DNA from: an uncultured Actinomycetota bacterium
GTDB lineage: Bacteria; Actinomycetota; Actinomycetes; JAFAQI01
NCBI GenBank assembly: GCA_963814845.1
Contig: CAWFEP010000007.1
Coordinates: 64,225-128,224 of the forward strand
Length of the DNA: 64,000 nt
Reading direction: 5' to 3'
Shown: one piece after another, positions 39,190 through 47,640 of the stretch
Layout: every line of letters begins with the position of its first letter
How positions within the stretch are numbered: the stretch's first letter is position 1
The notes under the pieces: model-generated
What the model was told of the DNA's origin: nothing
Seen by the model: only the letters and a program-made list of their open reading frames with translations
Databases searched by the model: none
Translations under genes and position numbers: made by a program

Positions 39190-40860
39190 ATGCACCGGCT
39201 GTCCAATCGTGCCGTGCTCGGCCTGCTTGGCCTGTGCGCATGCTTTGCAGCGATGATCATCACGGTTGGCGTTGTCGGCATCTCCGGGGTCCGCTCCAGC
39301 TCACACGTCAGCCGCGGAATTGTCGACGACGAGCTCGCCACGACGGTGGCGACAGCCAAAACCAGCCGATCGATCGACGCCGCCCATCGCCTAGGCGACG
39401 AGCTGTTCCTCAGCTCTGACCCGGTGCAGGTCGCGCTCGTTGAGCGCACGCTGTTCGACGTCACGTTGCCCGAGGTCGAGCAAGAGCTCACCGACCTCGT
39501 CCGGCTGCACAGCGACGACTCGACCACAGAGCAGGCCGGCATCCACACGTTCGTCAAGCAATGGGCGACGGTGCGCGCGTTGCTGACACCTCTGCCACCA
39601 GCGACGCCATCTCGTGCCCGCGCCCGCCAACTCGACATAGCCTTCGTTCCGCTCAGCGCACACATCGACACCCTGCTTGCCCGTGAGGCCGCGGACGCAC
39701 AGAGTGGTGAGCGCCGCGCTTCGCAAACCGCGACGAGAACAACCTGGACCGTTGCGGCCGCGCTCGTGCTCGGAGTCTTGGCGGCGTTGGCACTCGGGCT
39801 TGCCGGCATGCGACGGATCCGTCGCGCAATCGAACCCGAGAGCGACCAGATCGAGTTCGCCGAAACCTTGCAGGTCACCGAGACCGAGCAGGAGACCCAC
39901 GAGCTGCTCAAGCGGCACCTCGAGCGAGCTGTGTCAGGCACCGACGCGACCGTGCTCAACCGCAACAACAGCGCGGATCGGCTGGAGGCAATGACACCAC
40001 TGTCGCCGGGCTCCTGTCTGGTGCGCACATTGCAGGCAGCCGAGCCTCGCTCGTGCCTCGCGATCCGATCTGCCCGACCGCACTCCCAAGACGACCGCAA
40101 CCCACCGCTGCTCGGCTGCGCGGTGTGTGGCGAGTGTCCTGGGATGTCGTCCTGCACCCCGTTCACGGTCAGCGGCGAAGTGATCGGGGCCGTGCTGGTC
40201 ACCGGCGCCATTGAGCGCAGTGAGGGTGAGGAGCGGCGAATTCGCGAGTCCGTCGCGCAGGCTGCTCCCGTTCTGGCAAACCTCCGCAACCTCGCGATCG
40301 CCGAGTTGCGCGCCGCGACTGACTCCCTCACCGGGTTGGCGAACAAACGCGCGGTGAACGACACCTTGAAGCGCATGTTGGCGCATGCATCGCGGACGTT
40401 GACGCCGCTGAGCATGATCATGATCGACCTCGACCACTTCAAGGGAATCAACGACCGGCTCGGTCACCCTGCCGGCGATCAGGCGCTCGCCGACGTCGGC
40501 GCCGCGATCACCGCGGTCCTGCGGGTGAGCGACTTCGCCGGACGCAATGGCGGCGAGGAGTTCACCGTTCTGCTGCCCGACACTGACGTCGTCGGCGCGA
40601 TTGAGACCGCGGAGAAGATCCGGCTCGCGATCGCCGCGATTGACATCCCCGGCGCGGATCCGGCGTTGACGGCCAGCCTCGGCATCGCGGTCTACCCCGA
40701 CCACGCCACGAACGCCGAGCGGCTGGAGCGCCTTGCCGACGCCGCGCTTTATACGGCGAAGCGCTCAGGCCGTAACCGCAGCGACGTTGCCGACGCGGGT
40801 CAGGACGGGTCGGGCGCCGTCACGTATCCCACTGACCCGAGTCGCACCGCGACGGGATAG
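39190..40860 (+). CDS. membrane sensor diguanylate cyclase (GGDEF domain)
   Basis: It has an N-terminal TM, an extracytoplasmic helical domain, a second TM, a GAF-like region and a GGDEF domain. The GGDEF domain carries LTGLANKRAV, DLDHFKGINDRLGHPAGD and an intact A-site RNGGEEF. Confidence 0.85.
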   Translation: MHRLSNRAVLGLLGLCACFAAMIITVGVVGISGVRSSSHVSRGIVDDELATTVATAKTSRSIDAAHRLGDELFLSSDPVQVALVERTLFDVTLPEVEQELTDLVRLHSDDSTTEQAGIHTFVKQWATVRALLTPLPPATPSRARARQLDIAFVPLSAHIDTLLAREAADAQSGERRASQTATRTTWTVAAALVLGVLAALALGLAGMRRIRRAIEPESDQIEFAETLQVTETEQETHELLKRHLERAVSGTDATVLNRNNSADRLEAMTPLSPGSCLVRTLQAAEPRSCLAIRSARPHSQDDRNPPLLGCAVCGECPGMSSCTPFTVSGEVIGAVLVTGAIERSEGEERRIRESVAQAAPVLANLRNLAIAELRAATDSLTGLANKRAVNDTLKRMLAHASRTLTPLSMIMIDLDHFKGINDRLGHPAGDQALADVGAAITAVLRVSDFAGRNGGEEFTVLLPDTDVVGAIETAEKIRLAIAAIDIPGADPALTASLGIAVYPDHATNAERLERLADAALYTAKRSGRNRSDVADAGQDGSGAVTYPTDPSRTATG

Positions 40861-40892
40861 GTGAATGCGCGCTCCGCCTTGACATTCCCGGC

Positions 40893-40941
40893 TTGACATC
40901 TCGTTCAGATAGCAACATATTCATCTAGGACACTAGATGAA
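40893..40941 (+). promoter_or_regulatory. promoter plus palindromic operator of the GntR-ABC operon
   Basis: TTGACA (40893-40898), a 17-nt spacer, then CATATT (40916-40921). The perfect palindrome TTCATCTAG-GACA-CTAGATGAA lies at 40920-40941 and overlaps the -10. GTGAGG RBS and GTG 40952 follow. A second TTGACA lies at 40879-40884. Confidence 0.55.
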
Positions 40942-40951
40942 GTGAGGCATT

Positions 40952-41344
40952 GTGATCGAGTTCCACCTCGACAGCCGCTCGGGAGTCTCGCCGTACCTAC
41001 AAGTGGTTCAGCAGGTGCGCCGCGCATTGCGACTCGGGTTGTTAAAGGAGGGCGATCAGCTCCCCACGGTCAAGGACGTCGTGGCGCGGCTGGCGATCAA
41101 CCCGAACACGGTGCTCAAGGCCTACCGAGAGCTCGAGCACGACGGCTTGGTGAGTGCCCGGCCCGGGGTCGGAACGTTTGTGACCAAGACATTGAGCGAC
41201 GCGTCACTCGCAGCGCACGCGCCGTTGCGCCGCGATCTTGAGCGGTGGCTGAGCAAGGCGCGACTCGCCGGCCTCGACGAAGAGAGCATCGAGGCCCTCT
41301 TCCGGGACACGTTTCGGGCCGCATCCGCCCAAGGCGTAGCGTGA
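40952..41344 (+). CDS. GntR family transcriptional regulator, YtrA subfamily
   Basis: 130 aa. GDQLPTVKDVVARLAINPNTVLKAYRELEHDGLVSARPGVGTFV is a wHTH followed by a short helical tail. GTG start. Confidence 0.85.
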   Translation: MIEFHLDSRSGVSPYLQVVQQVRRALRLGLLKEGDQLPTVKDVVARLAINPNTVLKAYRELEHDGLVSARPGVGTFVTKTLSDASLAAHAPLRRDLERWLSKARLAGLDEESIEALFRDTFRAASAQGVA

Positions 41345-42240
41345 CCGCCGCGATCGCGGCCAATCAGCTCGGCAAGCGGTACGGCAGACGCTGGGCGCTC
41401 GATGACTGCACACTGTCGGTGCCGCCGGGCCGGGTTGCTGGGCTCGTCGGCCCGAACGGCGCCGGCAAGACCACCTTGCTCCACCTCGCGGTCGGCTTGC
41501 TAACACCGACCACAGGCACCATCGACGTGCTTGGCGGCAAGCCTGCATCCGGGCCTGACCAGCTCGGACGAATTGGCTTCGTCGCCCAGGACACCCCGAC
41601 CTACAGCGGGCTCAGTGTCCGGGATCATCTGCAACTGGGTGCGCGGCTCAACCCGACGTGGGACCAAGGTCTCGCGGCTGATCGCATCGAGACGCTCGGA
41701 CTCGACCCAACGCAGCGAGCAGGCAAACTCTCTGGCGGACAACGCGCTCAGCTGGCACTGACCTTGGCAGTCGCGAAGCGACCCGAGCTGCTCGTCCTCG
41801 ATGAACCCGTCGCCAGCCTCGACCCGCTAGCTCGCCGCGAGTTTCTCCAAAGCCTAATGGGATTCGTGGCCGAGCACGGCGTGAGCGTCGTTCTTTCTTC
41901 TCACCTCGTCGCCGACCTGGAACGCGTCTGCGACTACCTCATCGTGCTGGTCGGCTCCCGGGTGCGGCTCGATGGCGACGTCGACGAGCTGCTCGGAAGT
42001 CACCAGCGGTTGACCGGACCTCGCCGCGATCTCGCCACCCTCCCGGCCAATCAACATGTCGTCGAGGCAAGCCACACCGACCGGCAGTCAACGATTCTCA
42101 TCCGCACTGATGCGCCAGTCCTCGACCCCGCCTGGACCGTCGAGGAGGTCAACATGGAGGACCTCGTCCTCGCCTACATGGGTCAGGCCAGCCGTCCCGA
42201 GTCTGGCTTCAAAGCCAGCCCACTGGGAGGTCGACCATGA
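41341..42240 (+). CDS. ABC transporter ATP-binding protein
   Basis: GTG 41341 overlaps the GntR stop. Walker A GPNGAGKTT, signature LSGGQRAQLAL and Walker B LVLDEPVASLD are present. Confidence 0.9.
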   Translation: MTAAIAANQLGKRYGRRWALDDCTLSVPPGRVAGLVGPNGAGKTTLLHLAVGLLTPTTGTIDVLGGKPASGPDQLGRIGFVAQDTPTYSGLSVRDHLQLGARLNPTWDQGLAADRIETLGLDPTQRAGKLSGGQRAQLALTLAVAKRPELLVLDEPVASLDPLARREFLQSLMGFVAEHGVSVVLSSHLVADLERVCDYLIVLVGSRVRLDGDVDELLGSHQRLTGPRRDLATLPANQHVVEASHTDRQSTILIRTDAPVLDPAWTVEEVNMEDLVLAYMGQASRPESGFKASPLGGRP

Positions 42241-43298
42241 TCTGGCTCACCTGGCGACAGTTCCGTGTCCCCGCACTGGTCACGGTCGCCGCCCTCGCGG
42301 TTATCGCGATTGTGTTGGGCTTCACCGGCGTCCATCTTCACGACCTCTACGGCACGTACAAATCGCAAGTGCGCACCTGCCACGCCCGCAATCTCGACTG
42401 CGACACGCTCGCCAACACGTTCCTGCACCACTACCACCACCTTTATCAATGGCTCGGCACGATTGTCGTTGCGGTCCCTGGCATCATCGGCATCTTCTGG
42501 GGTCCACCGCTGATAGCGCGAGAGCTCGAGACCGGTGGCTTTCGGCTGGCATGGACGCAGAGCATCACCCGGACTCGCTGGCTGGCGACCAAGCTCGGAC
42601 TTGTCGGAGCCGCCGCGATCCTCACCGCGGGGTTGCTCAGCCTCATGGTGACCTGGTGGGCAGTACCCATCGATCACCTCAGCACCAATCGGTTCTCCGC
42701 CGAGATCTTCAGCGAGCGTGGCCTCGTCCCGATCGGATATGCCGCGTTCGCCTTCGTACTCGGAGTCACCCTTGGTTTCCTCATCCGCCGCACGCTGCCC
42801 GCGATGGCGGTGACGCTCGTCGCGTTCGTCGCTATTCGCCAGGCCGTGATCGCCTGGGTGCGACCGCACCTGATCGCCGCCTCCCACGCCAGCCTGCCGC
42901 TGCGGAATGCGAACAGCTTTGGCTTCACCTCGAATCCGTCCGGTGGCACGACGTTCTTTGCCAGCGGAGCAAACCTTCCGAACACCTTGACTGTCTCGAG
43001 CCGGCTCGTCGACGCCAATGGCAAACCACCGAGCGCCGCAGCGATGCAGAGCTTCTTGCAGACCGAATGCCCGAAGATCGCGACAGCATCGACGTCTCGA
43101 GCCGCCGGTGCTCCAACCAGCACGACGGCATTTAGCAGTTGCATCGGAAAGCTCTCGGCCCACTTCCACGATGCGGTCGCCTACATCCCGGCCGATCACT
43201 ACTGGGATCTGCAACTCGCCGAGACCGTCGTCTACCTCGCGGCCGCGGTCATCCTGGCCGCCGTGTGCTTCTGGTGGATTCGGCACCGCCTGGCCTAA
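42237..43298 (+). CDS. ABC-2 type transporter permease
   Basis: 353 aa with multiple TM segments and a large loop. It overlaps the ATPase gene by 4 nt. Confidence 0.75.
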   Translation: MIWLTWRQFRVPALVTVAALAVIAIVLGFTGVHLHDLYGTYKSQVRTCHARNLDCDTLANTFLHHYHHLYQWLGTIVVAVPGIIGIFWGPPLIARELETGGFRLAWTQSITRTRWLATKLGLVGAAAILTAGLLSLMVTWWAVPIDHLSTNRFSAEIFSERGLVPIGYAAFAFVLGVTLGFLIRRTLPAMAVTLVAFVAIRQAVIAWVRPHLIAASHASLPLRNANSFGFTSNPSGGTTFFASGANLPNTLTVSSRLVDANGKPPSAAAMQSFLQTECPKIATASTSRAAGAPTSTTAFSSCIGKLSAHFHDAVAYIPADHYWDLQLAETVVYLAAAVILAAVCFWWIRHRLA

Positions 43299-43332
43299 GG
43301 ACTGCCCTTGTCGGCCGCTGCCGGTCCTAGGC
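43293..43332. terminator. imperfect hairpin between convergent genes
   Basis: GCCTAAGGAC (43293-43302) pairs with GTCCTAGGC (43324-43332), leaving one bulge. The hairpin spans both stop codons. Confidence 0.35.
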
Positions 43333-45114
43333 GGTGTTCGACATCCCCGTCAGCCGCTGATGAGCAGCAACCTCTGCAGCCGGCCCTTCCTCACTCAGCA
43401 GACCGAGAATCTCCGCCGCCGGCCGTGGCCTGGCGAAGAAGAACCCCTGCGCCAGATGACAGCCGAGCGACTGCAACGTTGCCAGCTGATGCTCGTCCTC
43501 AACGCCCTCAGCGATGGCATCGATTTCCAGTGCCGTTGCCATATCAATGATCGAGCGGACGAGGGCAGCGGACTTTGCACTGCCACCAAGCGGGTCGACG
43601 AAGCTTCGGTCGATCTTGAGAATGTCGACCGGGTAGCGATCGAGGTAGGCCAGCGAGGAATACCCGGTGCCGAAGTCGTCGACGGCGACCTTGACACCGA
43701 GCGCGCGCAGCGCGGCAAGTCGCGATCTCGCGAGCTCAGCATCCTTGAGCAACAGGTTCTCGGTGATCTCGATGATTAGCGTGTCTGGGCTCAAGCCGGT
43801 CGTACGCAACGCATCAGCAACGCTCTGCACGAGATTCGGGTCGTGCAGTTGACGTGGCGACAGGTTGACCGCGATCGAGAGCGGCGCACCGCTCGGCGGC
43901 TGCCATTTCGCAGCGTCTCGGGTCGCCTGCTCGAGCACCCAGCGCCCGATCGGAACGATCAAACCAGTGTCCTCGGCGACGTCGATGAACTCAGCCGGCG
44001 CCAGCAGGCCGCGCGTCGGATGCTCCCAGCGGATCAACGCCTCGACGCCGACGACCCGCAACGTGTCGAGGTCGATCAACGGCTGGTAATGCAAGACGAA
44101 GTCGTTATCCGTCACGCTGCGGCGCAGCTCTGTCTCCAGTCGCAGCCGGCGCAGCACCCGCGCCTGCATGGCTCGCTCGAAACTCACCACTCGGCTCTTG
44201 CCATCGGCCTTCGCCCGATACATCGCGACGTCGGCGTCACGCATCAGGTCCTGGCTGCCGCGGGCATCGGTCGCATGAACAAGGCCGATGCTGGCGCTGA
44301 TCGCCACCGTGCTGCGTGAGAGGACGAACGGCGTGCTGATACCGGCAAGCACCCGATGCGCAGCGACCAACGCCTGTTCGTGATCGACGTCTTCGAGCAG
44401 GACCGCGAACTCGTCACCGCCGAGGCGCGCTCCGACGTCGGTCGGCCGCAATGACCCGCGCAGCCGGCGCGCCACCATCGTGAGCAGCTCATCGCCAAGC
44501 GCGTGGCCAAAGCTGTCGTTGACTGCCTTAAAGCCATCAAGGTCGAGCAGCAACAACGCGATACCCGACGAGCCGGGCTCGAGCCGCTTGACCGCGTCGT
44601 CGATGCGATTGGCGAGGTGGAGCCGATTGGCCAGGCCCGTCAACGAGTCGCTGTGCGCGAGGCGGGTCAGCCCGAGCTCGGCCTCTTTGCGGCTGGTGAT
44701 GTCGGTCACGACGCCGTCGATGATCCGGCGACCATCCGGCGGCGAGTCACGCAGCCACATCTGGTCAAGCACCCATCGGGTCGCGCCGTCGAGCCCGATC
44801 ATGCGGTACTCGAGCTGGATCACGCCGTCGGTGTCAACGGTCGCAGCGGCCCGATAGGCCTCTCGGTCGTCAGGATGGACGGCGTCGTTCCAGGCGCTCG
44901 TGAGGTCCGTGCCCGGCTCGCCGCCGAGGAACAACTCGATGCCAGGGCCGGTGTAGAGCTCCTGATAGCTGCCGTCCGCGAGCACCTCGCCGGTGTAGAC
45001 GTGACAACCGACTCGCGTCAGCAGCTCGACAAAGACGGCGTGCTCAGCCGTGGACATCGGACGCGCAACGTCAGCAGACAGCATTGGCTGGCGGACGTCC
45101 GCTGGCGAGCCCAT
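43327..45114 (-). CDS. PAS-GGDEF-EAL c-di-GMP turnover protein
   Basis: The N-terminal PAS-like region reads WNDAVHPDDREAY. The GGDEF domain has an intact RLGGDEF. The EAL domain carries EALIRW, DDFGTGYSSL and EGVE. Confidence 0.9.
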   Translation of the reverse strand: MGSPADVRQPMLSADVARPMSTAEHAVFVELLTRVGCHVYTGEVLADGSYQELYTGPGIELFLGGEPGTDLTSAWNDAVHPDDREAYRAAATVDTDGVIQLEYRMIGLDGATRWVLDQMWLRDSPPDGRRIIDGVVTDITSRKEAELGLTRLAHSDSLTGLANRLHLANRIDDAVKRLEPGSSGIALLLLDLDGFKAVNDSFGHALGDELLTMVARRLRGSLRPTDVGARLGGDEFAVLLEDVDHEQALVAAHRVLAGISTPFVLSRSTVAISASIGLVHATDARGSQDLMRDADVAMYRAKADGKSRVVSFERAMQARVLRRLRLETELRRSVTDNDFVLHYQPLIDLDTLRVVGVEALIRWEHPTRGLLAPAEFIDVAEDTGLIVPIGRWVLEQATRDAAKWQPPSGAPLSIAVNLSPRQLHDPNLVQSVADALRTTGLSPDTLIIEITENLLLKDAELARSRLAALRALGVKVAVDDFGTGYSSLAYLDRYPVDILKIDRSFVDPLGGSAKSAALVRSIIDMATALEIDAIAEGVEDEHQLATLQSLGCHLAQGFFFARPRPAAEILGLLSEEGPAAEVAAHQRLTGMSNTA

Positions 45115-45168
45115 GTAGTCATGTCGGCTCGATTCACCCGAATCCTGACACCTTCCGCGGGTGGAGTT

Positions 45169-45693
45169 TTACGGTCGGCCGAGCTCGGCTGGCGTGACCC
45201 CGTCGGCGAGGGGCACCGTGTCAAACCAGCCGCACCTCGGCTCACCGTCCGGGCGGTCGAAGCGAGTCACATACGGCTTGAGGTCGACGACCGGCGTTCC
45301 GTCGATCACGTCGACCCCGGCAAACCGGACATTGCGGCCGGTGATGCCCCGAAGGTGGACAAGGCTGAGGCCGATCGGGTTCATCCGACGCGGTCCGCGC
45401 ATCGCGAACACGCCGACCTCGCGCCGCTCGGAACGGAGCAGGAAGGGCACCTGGGTCAGCGGCGGGACGCCTTGCGCCGGGCCGTCGCCGCTGCGGTGCG
45501 GTTCGTGCAGCCAGGTCAGCAGCCAGGCGTAGTCAAACTCGGCCAACCCCTGCAGACCTTCGGCAAACGGCTCGTGGATTTCTATCGTGGCGAGCTCGGT
45601 GCGGTTGAGCGCGGCTTGCACCGGAGTGTCCTCGGTGCGAGATCTCGCGCTGCGGACGACACCGATCACGGTCAGTGGGCAAGGCAGAACCAT
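45169..45693 (-). CDS. TsaA/YaeB (TrmO-like) SAM-dependent methyltransferase family protein
   Basis: VIGVVRS...EDTPVQ, FAMRGPRRMNPIGLSLV and IDGTPVVDLKPY are characteristic blocks of the family. Confidence 0.75.
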   Translation of the reverse strand: MVLPCPLTVIGVVRSARSRTEDTPVQAALNRTELATIEIHEPFAEGLQGLAEFDYAWLLTWLHEPHRSGDGPAQGVPPLTQVPFLLRSERREVGVFAMRGPRRMNPIGLSLVHLRGITGRNVRFAGVDVIDGTPVVDLKPYVTRFDRPDGEPRCGWFDTVPLADGVTPAELGRP

Positions 45694-45909
45694 CGACTAA
45701 GTAGACCTCGGCGCTGAACGTCTCCGCCAGGGGCTGCGTACAGGTGTTCGTGGGGAGTACGTTGAGTCGGCGTTCAGCCTGGTAAGCATGCACAGCAACC
45801 TGACAGCAATTTGATCATGTCTTGCGACGTTGTCGGCGGCGCGGCAAGATATGGCACGTGCCACCGGCGATGGCGCGACCTGGCTCCGCCTAACGGGAGG
45901 CTCTGGCTC

Positions 45910-46182
45910 ATGCGGATCGAATCGGATGGCCACAGCAAAGGCAACCCCCGGTTGTTCGAGCTCGTAGAGAACTCACCCAAGACCGGCAAAAGCCCCACGG
46001 TGTGGGCGTGGCCCGAGCTGATGGACTACCTCAAGATCGCCGGACAACCGGTGCAGGGGCCGTGGCCACCGCACCAGGAACCGCGTCCTGATCCAGAAGA
46101 AGACTCGTTGCCGGTCGCGATTGCCGACCCACACGCCGGCAGTCGCAACAATCCTGGCGTCGACTCGCCCGACCCGACCTGA
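45910..46182 (+). CDS. hypothetical protein (90 aa)
   Basis: ATG 45910 follows GGGAGG. The first half has G/C-rich third positions and the C-terminus is Pro/Asp-rich. No family recognised. Confidence 0.3.
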   Translation: MRIESDGHSKGNPRLFELVENSPKTGKSPTVWAWPELMDYLKIAGQPVQGPWPPHQEPRPDPEEDSLPVAIADPHAGSRNNPGVDSPDPT

Positions 46183-46211
46183 GCTGCGGCGACCACAACC
46201 AGGAGGCAGGT

Positions 46212-47087
46212 ATGTATCCGTCGCGGTTCCGCTACGAGGCGCCACGTTCACTAGACGAGGCGATCGGCCTGTTGCACAGCGGTGGCGGGGAGGCGAAGGT
46301 ACTCGCCGGCGGGCAGAGCCTGGTGCCACTGCTGAAGCTGCGCTTCGCCTCGCCCGAGCTGCTCGTCGACATCAACCGGATCCCCGGCTTGGACTACCAC
46401 CGGGCTGATGCTGACGGCAGCCTTCACATCGGCGCATTGTGCCGTCACGCCGACCTCGAGCGCTCAACGTTGCTCGCCGAGCAGCAGCCAACGATGACCG
46501 CTGCTGCTCCGCTCATTGCCGACCCGATCGTACGAAATCGAGGCACCCTTGTCGGGTCGCTCTGTCACGCCGACCCCCAAGGTGACTGGGCGTCGGTGGT
46601 CACCGCGCTCGGCGGGCACGTCGTGGCGCAGGGTCCGAACGGTCGCCGTTCGATCCCCGTCGTCGACTTCGTCAGCGGTCCGTTCCAGAACACCCTCGCG
46701 ATCGACGAGATCGCAGTTGAAGCGGTGATTCCCGGATCGAAGGGAAAGGCGGCGGGCGGATACCTCAAGTTGGAGCGCCGGGTGGGCGACTTCGCGACGG
46801 TTGGCGTGGCGGTCGCGATCGAGACCTCAGGTGAGCTCGTCACGCGTGCCGGCATCGGCCTCACCGGCGTCGGCGGCTCAACGATCTTCGCTAGTGACGC
46901 GGGCGCCTCGCTGGTTGGTGCTCCTCTCACGACCGCAAGCATCGGAGCTGCCGCGGACCTCGCCGCCGCAGCCGCCCGACCGAGGTCTGACCATCGCGGC
47001 AGCGCGGAGTTCAAGCGGCACATCGTCCACACATTCGTGGTTCGCATCCTTAACCGCGTGACCGAGACCGCGGAGAGGGCGGCCTGA
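46212..47087 (+). CDS. coxM: aerobic CO dehydrogenase medium (FAD-binding) subunit
   Basis: [21 protein letters not shown]...[18 protein letters not shown] is the FAD_binding_5 N-terminus. The CO_deh_flav_C tail is present. The gene lies first in the M-S-L order. Confidence 0.85.
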   Translation: MYPSRFRYEAPRSLDEAIGLLHSGGGEAKVLAGGQSLVPLLKLRFASPELLVDINRIPGLDYHRADADGSLHIGALCRHADLERSTLLAEQQPTMTAAAPLIADPIVRNRGTLVGSLCHADPQGDWASVVTALGGHVVAQGPNGRRSIPVVDFVSGPFQNTLAIDEIAVEAVIPGSKGKAAGGYLKLERRVGDFATVGVAVAIETSGELVTRAGIGLTGVGGSTIFASDAGASLVGAPLTTASIGAAADLAAAAARPRSDHRGSAEFKRHIVHTFVVRILNRVTETAERAA

Positions 47088-47088
47088 C

Positions 47089-47619
47089 ATGACGAGCCTG
47101 TACGAAGAGGTCAGCCCCGACCCGGCAGCCGGCGTGCCGGTGCGGCGCGTCACGATCACGATCAACGGCGAGCCTCGAACAGCTGACATCGAGCCCCGGC
47201 TGCTGCTGGCACACCTGCTGCGTCAGGGCTTCAAGTTAACGGGCACTCACACCGGCTGCGACACCACCAACTGCGGTGTATGCACGGTGCTCGTCGACGG
47301 CAAGGCGGTGAAGAGCTGCACGATGCTTGCGGTTCAGGCCGATGGCTGCGAAGTCACCACTGTCGAAGGTCTCGCCACGGCCAGCGAGCTGCACCCGCTG
47401 CAGGAAGGATTCAAGGAGGAGCACGGGCTGCAGTGCGGCTTTTGCACTCCCGGGATGATGCTGGCGGCAAAGGCGCTGCTGGATGAGAATCCCGACCCGA
47501 CTGAGGATGAAGTGCGCTGGGCGCTGTCGGGCAACTTGTGTCGCTGCACCGGCTATCAGAACATCGTGAAGTCGGTGCTGTGGGCGGCCGAAAAGATCCG
47601 ATCCTCGTCCGCTAGCTGA
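47089..47619 (+). CDS. coxS: aerobic CO dehydrogenase small (2x[2Fe-2S]) subunit
   Basis: The Cys clusters read [12 protein letters not shown] and CGFCTPGM...CRCTGY. Confidence 0.9.
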   Translation: MTSLYEEVSPDPAAGVPVRRVTITINGEPRTADIEPRLLLAHLLRQGFKLTGTHTGCDTTNCGVCTVLVDGKAVKSCTMLAVQADGCEVTTVEGLATASELHPLQEGFKEEHGLQCGFCTPGMMLAAKALLDENPDPTEDEVRWALSGNLCRCTGYQNIVKSVLWAAEKIRSSSAS

Positions 47620-47640
47620 TCACAGAAGGAGCAACGCATC

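Noticed and set aside
39159-40451. 430-aa minus-strand ORF, and similar long antisense ORFs (52106..53299 +, 42183..43286 -, 49374..50369 -, 61478..62356 +, 1501..2325 -, 7163..8074 -)
   Set aside because: Each lies fully opposite a gene with strong family motifs (diguanylate cyclase, VWA/GIY-YIG genes, ABC permease, coxL, ABC permease, ftsH, SDR). Each encodes Ser/Arg/Ala/Pro-rich sequence without motifs. These are a high-GC artefact.
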